A stretch of 48,514 bases of DNA from an uncultured Eubacteriales bacterium (lineage in GTDB: Bacteria; Bacillota; Clostridia; Oscillospirales; CAG-382). The first letter of the stretch is position 1; the number at the start of each line of letters is the position of its first letter. Shown piece by piece: positions 1 to 9,600 of the stretch. Under the pieces are notes generated by a model. It saw nothing but the letters and a program-made list of their open reading frames with translations, was not told the DNA's origin and made no database searches. Position numbers and translations under genes: made by a program. Where the stretch lies: the NCBI GenBank assembly GCA_900546385.1, contig URCT01000002.1, positions 1 to 48,514 of the forward strand, read 5' to 3'.

Positions 1-845
1 TGGAGCACACAAAATCCGACAACAGCGTTCTCCTCTACACCGTACAAAAATTTTCGTTTTTGTTGACCGATGACCTTGCCGGTGTGGTCGGCGACCAAAT
101 TTACAACACTGTGCGCGGTGATTTTTTCGTTTTCAGCCCGAATGAAATACATTTCGGACGTTTCCTGCGTGCCGGAACGCACCGCTATCTCGATTTTTAC
201 CTGCCGACCGACTATTTTTCGCACGGTTTTTACTCCGACTGTCTGAATCGTACGGATCTTGCCGGATTATTCCGGCAGTCGGACGGAACAGCGGTAAATC
301 TGGTTCATCCGGAGGAAAACACACGTGCGGATATTCTTCGCATTACGGAAACACTGGCCGGAATTGCCGTAAAACATCCCGATGAAGAAGATCACACGGC
401 AGATCTGCGCATTTTTGCCCTTATGCTTGAGCTTTTTGAACACTGTGCAGCCGCATACCGAAAACAAAGCGCATATCCGTTTTCTTCACCCGTTCCGTCG
501 GTTGTTTCGAAAACGCTGCGGTTCATCAACGAGAATTATTTCGAAAACATCCGGCTTGAAGCGCTTTCGAAACGCTTTGGATGCAGTGTGACATATCTTG
601 CCAAATGCTTTCGCAAGCACACCGGAAAGACAGTGCATAAATACTTGACGGAGCGTCGTATTGCGGCGGCAAAGCATCTGCTGAATACCGGGTCAACAGT
701 CACGGAGGCTTGCTATGGTGCAGGCTTCGGCAGCTGTTCGGATTTCATCAAGGTGTTCGGAAAAAATGCGGGCATGACGCCGGGCGAATACCGAAAAAAG
801 AACCGTGCCGAAAAAATGCCGAATGTGAGCAATGAGCAAATATAA
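1..845 (+). CDS. AraC/XylS-family transcriptional regulator (5' end probably outside the window)
   Basis: The frame of ORF 60..845 stays open back to base 3, so the TTG at 60 is probably internal. It has an N-terminal cupin-like part (GDFFVFSPNEIHFG) and a C-terminal double HTH (SVTYLAKCFRKHTGKTVHKYLTERRI ... CSDFIKVFGKNAGMTPGEYR). Confidence 0.85.
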   Translation, partial: EHTKSDNSVLLYTVQKFSFLLTDDLAGVVGDQIYNTVRGDFFVFSPNEIHFGRFLRAGTHRYLDFYLPTDYFSHGFYSDCLNRTDLAGLFRQSDGTAVNLVHPEENTRADILRITETLAGIAVKHPDEEDHTADLRIFALMLELFEHCAAAYRKQSAYPFSSPVPSVVSKTLRFINENYFENIRLEALSKRFGCSVTYLAKCFRKHTGKTVHKYLTERRIAAAKHLLNTGSTVTEACYGAGFGSCSDFIKVFGKNAGMTPGEYRKKNRAEKMPNVSNEQI

Positions 846-888
846 GTGAGCTTTGCGTATTAACTTTCTTTTGTCCATACGCTACAAT
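822..888 (+). promoter_or_regulatory. Conserved operator-plus-promoter module, copy 1 (upstream of GH78)
   Basis: GTGAGC occurs at 825 and 846 (21-bp spacing), followed by TTAACT (860-865), 17 nt, TACAAT (883-888). Positions 822-866 match 6481-6525 at 41 of 45 positions (hand alignment). The module overlaps the last codons of the upstream AraC gene. Confidence 0.55.
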
Positions 889-927
889 ACTGCTGTAAAA
901 GAAAACCGCACCGAAAGGACAAAAACT

Positions 928-3303
928 ATGTTTTCCTGCCGATTTATCCAAGCCACACGTCATTTTGCGACCTACGAAAAACCGGTCTGTGCGCCGTATT
1001 TGCGAAAGACTTTCACACTTGACCGTCTACCCGAAAAAGCCTCCCTCTCCCTCACCGCAACCGGCTTCTATCGGTTTTGGGTCAACGGCAGAGAGCTTAC
1101 CGCTTCGCGCCTTGCGCCGTGTATCACGAATCCCGATGATATTCTGTTTTACGATACTTACGATGTGAAGCCTTTTCTGAAAGCGGGACAAAACTGCTTT
1201 GCCTTTCTTCTCGGCAACGGCGTTTCCAATGCCATCGGCGGTTTCATTTGGGAGTTTGACAAAGCGGTTTTCCGTTCTTCTCCCAAGCTGGCGCTTTCTT
1301 TTGAAGCCGCGTGCGGCGAACAAAGCATCCGCTTCGAAGCGGATGAAAGCTTCAAATGCGCTTCTTCACCGATCTTTTTCGACGATCTCCGCAGCGGCGA
1401 ATTCTATGACGCAAATGCGGAAATTCCCGGTTGGAATATGCCTGATTTTGACGACAGCACGTGGCAAAACGCCTATATCTGTGAGCCGCCGCGCGGCAAA
1501 GCGGTTCAAAACGATACCGAACCGGTAGTTATCGCCAAAGAATTAAAGCCGATTAAAATCTATGAGGGCTATCACAAAGCACCCGAACGTCCCGGCAAAA
1601 AGTGTCCGGACGCCAAAAAGCATTCGCAGACGGCGTTTTACAAGCCCGAACCGGGCGAAAAAGGCTTCGTTTTTGAGTTTTCCGAAAACACGGCCTGCGT
1701 GCCGCGCCTTCGCATTCGCGGCCGAAAAGGGCAGAAAATCGTCCTGCAGGCGGCGGAATACTGCGACAAGGACGGCGGCATCAACTTTGAAAGCATCGGT
1801 ATGTTTTATCCGGACGGCTTTTGCCAACGGGATATTTACATCTGCAACGGAGAGGGTGTCGAGGAATACGTCCCGTCGTTCACCTATCACGGCGCACGTT
1901 ACTTTCTTGTTATCGGCGCGGATAAAGAGCAGATTTCGGAGGATACCGTCACCATGCTGGTGCAGAACAGCAATGTGCGCGAACGCGGCTCTTTTTCCTG
2001 CTCCGATCCGGTTGCAAACGCTTTGCAGAAAAGCGCACGTACCGGCGACCTTGCCAATCTTGTGCATATTCCGACCGACTGTCCGCACCGCGAGAAAAAC
2101 GGATGGACAGGCGACGCGGCGGTATCGGCCGAGCATATGATCCAAAATCTTGCCGTCGAGCGCGTTTGGAAGCATTGGTTAAAGATGATACGCGCCGCCC
2201 AACGCGCGGACGGCGTTCTGCCCGGCATTGTTCCGACCGCCGGTTACAGCTACACCTGGGGCAATGGACCGTTATGGGATTCGGTCATCATCGAGCTGCC
2301 GTATCAAGCCTATATCTACCGCGGCGATCTTTCGCTTTTCCGGGAGGTATCCGACACCGTCCTGCGTTATCTTCACTATCTCGCCGGAAAGCGGAATCCG
2401 GACGGTTCGCTTGCCTTCGGCCTTGGCGATTGGTGTCATGCATTAAGACAAGGCGGCGGCAACTATCTCTGTCCGCTTGAGATTTCGGATACCATCATCG
2501 CCGTAAATATCTGCCGAAAAGCGGCGTTCTTATTTGATAAATGCGGCATGAGCGTGCAGCGTGTATTTGCCGAAGCACTCGAAAAAGAGCTGCTTCAAAC
2601 CGTGCGTGAGCGGTTTATCGACTACGATACCATGACCATGCGCGGTTCGTGTCAGACAGCGCAGGCCTTAGGGCTATATTACAATATTTTCGAAAAGGGC
2701 GAGCGAAAAGAAGCTTACCAACGCTTGCTGGAATTTGTTCACATGGAGGATGACCACCTGAACGGCGGTATGCTCGGCGTGCGCATTCTGTTCCGCACGC
2801 TTGCTGCTTTCGGCGACGCGGAGCTTGCGTATACACTTATCACACGCACCGACGCGCCGTCGTATGGCATTTGGGTCAAAAACTTCGGCCTTGTCTCCCT
2901 GCCGGAGACCTTCCGCACCTGTGTCAACGGCTACGATACATCGCTCAATCACCACTTTTTCGGCGATATTTCCGGCTTTTTCATGTCACACATAGCCGGG
3001 CTTCAGATCAATCCGTATCACGATGATCCGACGGAAGTACGCGTTGCGCCAAACTTTATTTTCTCGCTTGACCATGCGGAAGCTTATTACGACACCGTCG
3101 GCGGCCGGATAAAGGTAAAATGGGAACGCGTGGGAGAAGCCGTTGACCTTCGCATTCAAAAAGCAGACGGCGTTCACGGTGCGGTCGAATTGCCGTATGG
3201 ATATGTATTCACACGCATAACCGGTGCGGACGACTTAAGCATAAGCGACAGGCGGATATATGAACTGCGAAACGCGGTCTATACCGTTTTCAAAAAGAAA
3301 TAG
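928..3303 (+). CDS. Alpha-L-rhamnosidase, glycoside hydrolase family 78 (cytoplasmic)
   Basis: 791 aa from ATG 928, with AAAGGA 9 nt upstream. The track start at 853 adds an unlikely 25-aa leader. GH78 N-domain style APYLRKTFTL...FYRFWVNGREL and the family signature IPTDCPHREKNGWTGDA are present. No signal peptide. Confidence 0.9.
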   Translation: MFSCRFIQATRHFATYEKPVCAPYLRKTFTLDRLPEKASLSLTATGFYRFWVNGRELTASRLAPCITNPDDILFYDTYDVKPFLKAGQNCFAFLLGNGVSNAIGGFIWEFDKAVFRSSPKLALSFEAACGEQSIRFEADESFKCASSPIFFDDLRSGEFYDANAEIPGWNMPDFDDSTWQNAYICEPPRGKAVQNDTEPVVIAKELKPIKIYEGYHKAPERPGKKCPDAKKHSQTAFYKPEPGEKGFVFEFSENTACVPRLRIRGRKGQKIVLQAAEYCDKDGGINFESIGMFYPDGFCQRDIYICNGEGVEEYVPSFTYHGARYFLVIGADKEQISEDTVTMLVQNSNVRERGSFSCSDPVANALQKSARTGDLANLVHIPTDCPHREKNGWTGDAAVSAEHMIQNLAVERVWKHWLKMIRAAQRADGVLPGIVPTAGYSYTWGNGPLWDSVIIELPYQAYIYRGDLSLFREVSDTVLRYLHYLAGKRNPDGSLAFGLGDWCHALRQGGGNYLCPLEISDTIIAVNICRKAAFLFDKCGMSVQRVFAEALEKELLQTVRERFIDYDTMTMRGSCQTAQALGLYYNIFEKGERKEAYQRLLEFVHMEDDHLNGGMLGVRILFRTLAAFGDAELAYTLITRTDAPSYGIWVKNFGLVSLPETFRTCVNGYDTSLNHHFFGDISGFFMSHIAGLQINPYHDDPTEVRVAPNFIFSLDHAEAYYDTVGGRIKVKWERVGEAVDLRIQKADGVHGAVELPYGYVFTRITGADDLSISDRRIYELRNAVYTVFKKK

Positions 3304-3304
3304 A

Positions 3305-3345
3305 CAAAAACGGACGCTATCGTTTCTGATACCGTCCGTTTTTTG
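3305..3345. terminator. Bidirectional rho-independent terminator between convergent GH78 and GH95
   Basis: The ACGGACG/CGTCCGT stem is extended by an A-run on the left and a T-run on the right (aaaaacggacg...cgtccgttttt), so it reads as hairpin plus U-tract on both strands. Confidence 0.75.
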
Positions 3346-3349
3346 TTGC

Positions 3350-5584
3350 TTATATTTCATCTGCCGTTCGGAGGTTTTGCCAAACCACACAGCCGTCTTT
3401 CCATTCAAAGTCGAGAATTTTCCCGTCTTTTAAGCGGTATCCCGTGAGTTTTCCGGAATCAAGCTCTTTCGGAAGTGCCGGCAGAAGCGTTCCGTCCTGC
3501 GCAACAAGCATAGCCAATATGCCGGCCATCACGCCGAAGTTTCCGTCGATCTGAAACGGCGGATGCGCGCAGAGCAGATTTTTATAAACGCCGCCCGTGC
3601 AGCAGACCGCGTCCGTTTCGACCGGCGTCAGAAACCGCGCAAGAAACCGCGATACTTCTTCTTTTTCGCCAAGCGATGCCCATAAGCATAATTTCCACGC
3701 AAGACTCCAGCCCGTGCCGTCGCCGCCGCGCTCGACAAGGGATGCTTTGCAGGCGTTTGCCGAGCGAGGATCGTTTTTCACATCGATAATGCCGCCCGGA
3801 AACAACGCGTACAGGTGCGACACATGACGGTGATGCAGCTCGGTCGGCGTGTGCGGTTCGTCCCATTCGACAATTTTCCCGTCCGTGCCGACCGTAACCG
3901 GCTTCATGCGCGGCAAAACCGCCCGGATCCGTGCTTCCAGCTCCGTATCGCAGGTATCGATATGCGCTCCTGCCTCCAAAATATCGCAAAACAGACCGTA
4001 TACAAGGCTGTCTGTCATGGCGCTTGCGCGCGCGACGGCGCATTTTCCGCCGTTTTCATCGTAAAACGCATTTTCCGGCGACGTGGTCGGGCAAACCGAA
4101 AGCCGGTCATCCAAACGGATGCCGCACAGCTCATGTAAATAGAACAGTGCCGCTTGCTTCATGAGCGGATAAGCGTCGGCTTCAAGGTATTCGACGTTAC
4201 CGGTATACCGATAGTACCGATACAGCTCACGGCACAGCCACGCGCCGCTTGCATTCCAAAAGCCCCATTCGGCAGCGGCTGAAGCCGGCAGTGCAAAGCC
4301 CCAGACATCGCTGTTATGATGCAGCACAAAGCCGTCGGCATGATAGAGTACGCGAGCCGCCTCTTTTCCGGTCACACTTCTGTCCTTCACAAAGCGGACA
4401 AGCGGTTCAAAGCAATCGAAAAGACCGCAGGAAAGAAGCGGCTGATAGTTCATTTCGGTATTGATGTTTAATGTATAGTTGCTGCGCCAGGGCGGTGTTA
4501 AGCTTTCGTTCCACAGGCCTTGCAGGTTAGAGGCTTGGGTTCCCTTGCGCGAACAGCTGATGGCGAGGTATTTGCCATAGTCAAACAAGAGCGCATAAAG
4601 TCCGACGTCCGCACGGTTTTTCCCAAATGCGGCCAAACGTTCATCGGTCGGAAGAAAATCGCGCGAAGAACCGAAAAACGTGAGCCTTGTGGTGCTAAAC
4701 AAAGCGCGATAATCGGCGATATGCGCGTCTTTCAGTGTTTCAAAGCCTTTTGAAGCGGCACGGGCAAGCGTTTGCAAAACGTTGATGCGGAACGCGTCGG
4801 TGTCATCCAGTGCGAACGGCGAAAGAAAATTGGTATCAGCCGCCAAAAGAAATATTGCTTCCGAAGCCTCCGATACCAAAAGCGCGTCCGGGCGGACGTG
4901 CAAAACGCCGTCGGTCAAGATGCGCAACCGCGCATAAAACTGCACGCCCTTTTGATCCGGCTCTTGCGAATAGGCAAGCGCATAGCCGCACTTGTTTTCG
5001 GGCGTTTCATAGGAGAGCCCCGGTGCTTCTCCTTGCAGGATCAAGTCGTTTCCGTCCGTAAAAACGCGGCTTTTGAGCGGCGAACCGAGCGACACATCAA
5101 ACGACAGCGCAGCCTTTGTATCGCACGCAAAGCGAAGGACAAACACGCGGTCGGGATAGGACAGAAATGCCGTTTTTGTATAAGTCGCGCCACAGCAGTC
5201 ATAAGAGCTTTCAAGCAGCGCGTTTTCAAGGTCTAACGCGCGGACATACGAGCTGACAGCGGCGTGTGAGGTATGTATCAACAGATTGCCGAGCGGCAGA
5301 TACACCTCGCTCCGGTTGCCCAAAAAATCGGCTGCGGCAAGATAGGCCTTGCGGTATTCCCCATTCAAGGTGTATTCCTTTGTTTTTTGATAGGCTTCGT
5401 AAGCAGCGGGATTCGGGCGCTTGCCTCCGGGAAAGCCCGACCAAAGCGTGTCGAGGTTCAGCGAATAGCGGTCGGAATCGGTGCCGGAATACGCGGTAGC
5501 GCCAAAAAAGCCGTTGCCCAAGGGCAGGATCTCATGAAAGCTCTTGGCAGGTGAAGTGTAAAAAAGGCGGGAGGATGAATTCAT
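3350..5584 (-). CDS. Glycoside hydrolase family 95 (alpha-L-fucosidase/galactosidase type), cytoplasmic
   Basis: N-terminus LFYTSPAKSFHEILPLGNGFFGATAYSG...LNLDTLWSG, plus HRHVSHLYALFPG and GWSLAWKLCLWASLG motifs typical of GH95. No signal peptide. Its ATG overlaps the stop of the upstream AraC gene (ATGA, 5581-5584). Confidence 0.9.
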   Translation of the reverse strand: MNSSSRLFYTSPAKSFHEILPLGNGFFGATAYSGTDSDRYSLNLDTLWSGFPGGKRPNPAAYEAYQKTKEYTLNGEYRKAYLAAADFLGNRSEVYLPLGNLLIHTSHAAVSSYVRALDLENALLESSYDCCGATYTKTAFLSYPDRVFVLRFACDTKAALSFDVSLGSPLKSRVFTDGNDLILQGEAPGLSYETPENKCGYALAYSQEPDQKGVQFYARLRILTDGVLHVRPDALLVSEASEAIFLLAADTNFLSPFALDDTDAFRINVLQTLARAASKGFETLKDAHIADYRALFSTTRLTFFGSSRDFLPTDERLAAFGKNRADVGLYALLFDYGKYLAISCSRKGTQASNLQGLWNESLTPPWRSNYTLNINTEMNYQPLLSCGLFDCFEPLVRFVKDRSVTGKEAARVLYHADGFVLHHNSDVWGFALPASAAAEWGFWNASGAWLCRELYRYYRYTGNVEYLEADAYPLMKQAALFYLHELCGIRLDDRLSVCPTTSPENAFYDENGGKCAVARASAMTDSLVYGLFCDILEAGAHIDTCDTELEARIRAVLPRMKPVTVGTDGKIVEWDEPHTPTELHHRHVSHLYALFPGGIIDVKNDPRSANACKASLVERGGDGTGWSLAWKLCLWASLGEKEEVSRFLARFLTPVETDAVCCTGGVYKNLLCAHPPFQIDGNFGVMAGILAMLVAQDGTLLPALPKELDSGKLTGYRLKDGKILDFEWKDGCVVWQNLRTADEI

Positions 5585-6387
5585 ATTTCGCTCCTATTAT
5601 CGGGATAAAACGTTTTCTCTTGAAAGGCCGAAGGATACAGGCCATACGATTTATGAAACGCGCCGGAAAAGGCGGCAATGCTTGAAAAGCCGCTGGCTTC
5701 GGCGGCTTCTCCGACCGACGCGCCATTCGCAAGCATCCGGATAGCGGCGGAAAACCGATAGTTTTTGATATACTGATACGGCGTGATGCCGGTATATTGC
5801 TTGAAAACCTTTTGAAAATAATTGGTGGCAAGGTGCGCACAGCTTGCAAGCTGTTCGACGGTGATATTCTCTTTGAAATGCGCATGGATGTAGGCAAGGC
5901 TTTCGTTTAACAGCTCGTTATTTTCGGGAATGACCGAAAATTCGCGGTCGATGAGGGAAATGAGCGTGCGCACGGCGTTTTCCATGATGACAAGGTCGCC
6001 GGTATGAAGCGTTTCATAGGGGCCGGGCTTGCAAAGCCCGGCAATTTCAAAGCACAGTGCGGCACTTTGCGCGATGAGCGGATATTTTTTTAAATCGATA
6101 TCGAGAATACCGCCGAAAAACAGCGGCGGCAGCAGGGAAAAATCGATATAATCATGCGCGATTCGGTCGTCCTTGCTGTAAAACGGCACAAACTCCATGT
6201 TTTGCGGAAACAGATACAGGTGTTCATGATAGATCGGAATTTTATGCGCGCCATTGGTATAATAGAGCTTGCCGGAATGATAAATGTGCAGCCGGTTGAT
6301 GTTCCGATGCTTTTGCGTGTTCCAGGTGCCGTGAATGGTGCAGGAACCGCAGGTGTATAAATAAACATTTTCGATAAGAGCAGACAT
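5581..6387 (-). CDS. AraC/XylS-family transcriptional regulator
   Basis: 268 aa with a C-terminal double HTH (ITVEQLASCAHLATNYFQKVFKQYTGITPYQYIKNYR...FSSIAAFSGAFHKSYGLYPSAF). Translationally coupled to the GH95 gene. Confidence 0.9.
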   Translation of the reverse strand: MSALIENVYLYTCGSCTIHGTWNTQKHRNINRLHIYHSGKLYYTNGAHKIPIYHEHLYLFPQNMEFVPFYSKDDRIAHDYIDFSLLPPLFFGGILDIDLKKYPLIAQSAALCFEIAGLCKPGPYETLHTGDLVIMENAVRTLISLIDREFSVIPENNELLNESLAYIHAHFKENITVEQLASCAHLATNYFQKVFKQYTGITPYQYIKNYRFSAAIRMLANGASVGEAAEASGFSSIAAFSGAFHKSYGLYPSAFQEKTFYPDNRSEI

Positions 6388-6480
6388 ATTACCCTCTTTT
6401 CCCGTGTTCCTGCAAGAGGACCTTTTGATTTGAAATCATCATAACACAGAATGGACAAAAATTCCATCCTTCGGTTCAAC

Positions 6481-6547
6481 AAAGTGAGGAACGAGCAAAT
6501 ATAAGTGAACTTTGCGTATTAACTTCTTTTTCGTCTTGGGCTAAAAT
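6481..6547 (+). promoter_or_regulatory. Conserved operator-plus-promoter module, copy 2 (upstream of the SLH/WbsX-like operon)
   Basis: GTGAGG at 6484 and GTGAAC at 6505 (21-bp spacing), then TTAACT (6519-6524), 17 nt, TAAAAT (6542-6547). Same geometry as copy 1 at 822..888. Lies in the divergent intergenic region next to AraC 5581..6387. Confidence 0.55.
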
Positions 6548-6656
6548 AATACCGAGAACACTCTTAAAATACACAAAACGGACGAGAAAAGAAACCAAAA
6601 TCTTTGGATAAAGTGTAAAAATACGCTTTGTCCGAAAAAAAGAAAGAAGGAGAAGA

Positions 6657-9600
6657 ATGAAAAAAAGATTCACGCGGCGCATTCTTTTTGCGGCGCTGCT
6701 GGCGGCCGTTCTTGCCGCTTCGGCAAGAGCCGCCCTTGAACGCGTCGAAACGTATCCGGCCGGGCATTTCACGGATGTCGCCGAAACAGATTGGTTTGAG
6801 GACAGCGTGAAAACGACTTACGAATACGGCGTGATGAACGGCAAAGCGGCTACGCTCTTTGCACCGACCGACACGCTTTCGGTTGCCGAGGCTTTGACGC
6901 TTTCGGCGCGCATTCATGCGTTGACAAACGAAAAACCGCTTTCCTCGGAAACAAGCGGCGTTTGGTATGAGCCATATATCCGTTACCTGAAAGAAAACGG
7001 CTTTTTGCGGAAGGGAAGGTTTGACGACTATGACCGCCCGATCAGACGCTATGAATTTGCCGAAATATTAAGTGCGGTCTGCGGCAGGCTTCCGGAAATC
7101 AACACGCTTGATGCGATTCCGGACGTTTCGAGTGATCTGCCGTATGAAAGTGCCGTTCTTTCGCTGTACCGTGCCGGAATCCTGACCGGCAACGACGAAA
7201 CAGGAACCTTTGGTGCGAACACCAACCTTTTGCGCAGCGAGATCGCCGCCATGCTTTCGCGCGTGATTCTTGCCGACAAGCGCGTCGCAAAGACGTATCC
7301 GTCGGTGAATGCACAGCTTTCCGCGGCCTATGCGCTCATTGACTGTGTCAACGGAAACGGCCGTAAAGGCCTTTCCAATGGATGGACCTATGATAACCGG
7401 TTTGATCTTATGAACACGACCGGCGCACAAAAGAATTTTCTTCACGACGAAAGCGATACCGAATTTTACGCCTTAGCGCGGCGTTTTGAAGCGCAAAAGG
7501 ACGGAAAGCTGACTTTAGAGGCAATGCTCGATGTGGCATCCTCTGACGGCGGCGTGTATCTTCTCTTTGAGGACGAGAACGAAAACGCGGTGGTCGGACT
7601 GCGCGAAAACGGCGGCTTTTGGGAGTTGTTCGGCGAAAATGCGACGCTTTCGTCTGTTGCCGTGCCAAAAGACAAGCGCACGCCGGTTGTGTTTCGGATG
7701 ACGCTTGACCTTGACCGGAAAACCGCGTGCTGCACGGTCGATGAGCAGAATGTCGGTGCGGTGACACTGCCAGAAAAGGCGCTTGCACGGCTTGTGATCG
7801 GAATCACCGACAAAGGCAAGGGCACGGTCAAGCTAAACCATTTGAAGCTTGATAAGAACTATTTGCTTGACGAGCATTTCTTTGTGTCCGAAAGCAGTGT
7901 CGGGAAAGCACCGATGGGCTGGAACGTTACCGGCGATTTCACGGTGGAAAAAATCGAAACCGAATTCGGCGCCGACGTGTTTAGCCTACGCGGAAGCAAA
8001 GCGGCGGCTGAAAAGAAGCTCGACAAAATAAGCGGCCGCCTTGTGTTCGAAACCATGCTGCTTTTGCCGAAAGAAAGCGATTCGGCAGCCTTTTCCGTTC
8101 GTTCTGCCGGAAAAGACGCCGTGAAAATCGAATACAAAAACGGTAAGATCGCCTGCGGCGGCACAGACCTTGGCACATACACGCCGAATGTTTGGCAGAC
8201 GTTAGCCGTCAAGGCCGATACACAGAACAAAACCGCAGATATTTATATCAACGGCAAGAAAAAGGCGACGGTCGCCTGCGATGCGGCGAACTTTGACGGT
8301 CTTCTGCTTTCGACCGACGGAAGCGCGGTTTGGTTTGACGATGTCCGCGTTTACGGAAATCCCGAAAAGTCGGCGGACTATCCGGCAAAGCCGCAGGCTG
8401 CGTCCTCCGACAACTACGAGGTCGGCATGAATATGTGCTACTTATGGCGCGATTCCGAATCGCTCGAAGGCTGGGATGCGGTCAGTCCGTTTGCGGAATT
8501 CGAGCCTTATCTCGGCTATTACGACGACGGCCTTGCGGAAACAGCCGACTGGGAATTAAAGCAAATGGCGGAACACGGTGTGGACTTCATCAACGTATGC
8601 TGGTATGCACCGCAGGAAAAAATGACCGCTCCGATCAAAAAAATGCGTTATTCCCATGCGGCACTGAACGAAGGCTACATGAACGCCGAAAACAGCGATT
8701 ATGTCAAATTCTGCATCATGTGGGAAAACAGCACGCGGTATGTGGGTGCTTCCAACCTTGAAGAGTTCAAGGAATACATTTGGAAATACTGGAAAGAGTA
8801 TTATTTTTCCGACTCGCGCTATGAAACGCTGGACGGAAAAGCGCTTCTCACGGTTTGGAGCTTGGACATCTTCCTAAAAACCTTTGGCGGCACCGAGGGC
8901 GCGGCGCAAGCCGTCGAATTCATGCGCTCCGAGCTTACGCAAATGGGCTACGACGGTCTTGTCTTGCTCTTTGCCACCACGCAGATCGTGCCGCAAAGCA
9001 CCTATGCCGCCATTTCTTCGATCGGCGCGGACGGCACCTACAACTACCATTGGTCAGCCGCCGGCTACAATCCGAGCGTTCAGATTACCGGCAACCAAAC
9101 CAATCTCAATGCGGCAAAATCCGTATCCTCTCACAGCGTACCGACCGTCTCTATCGGCTTTAACGACATCGGCCGCAACAATTCACGCGACCCGATCATT
9201 TCGGTCTCCGACCACTTAACAGTCTGCGGAGAAATCAAAAAGCTGCTTGCCGATTTCAAAACCGACTCTTGGCGCGACCGCACCGTCATGATTTCCACCT
9301 GGAACGAATATTCCGAGGGCACGTATATCGCGCCGACCGCTTCGACCGGCTTTGATTATCTTGAAAACCTGCGCACGGCTTTCACCTCCGACACCTCCGA
9401 CCACGCGTCGTTGGACGCAAAGCCGACGGACGAACAAAAGAGCCGCGTTTCGCATTTGTATCCGGAGGGCTTTGCGCCGCTTCGCCGCTATCAGCTTGAA
9501 AAGACGGACGCAGAAAAGATCGCCGAGGATACCGAAAGTCTTGTTTCGGTCTTGCGGTTCGATATGGCAAACGAAAAAGAAAGTGCGGCATGGGATGCCA

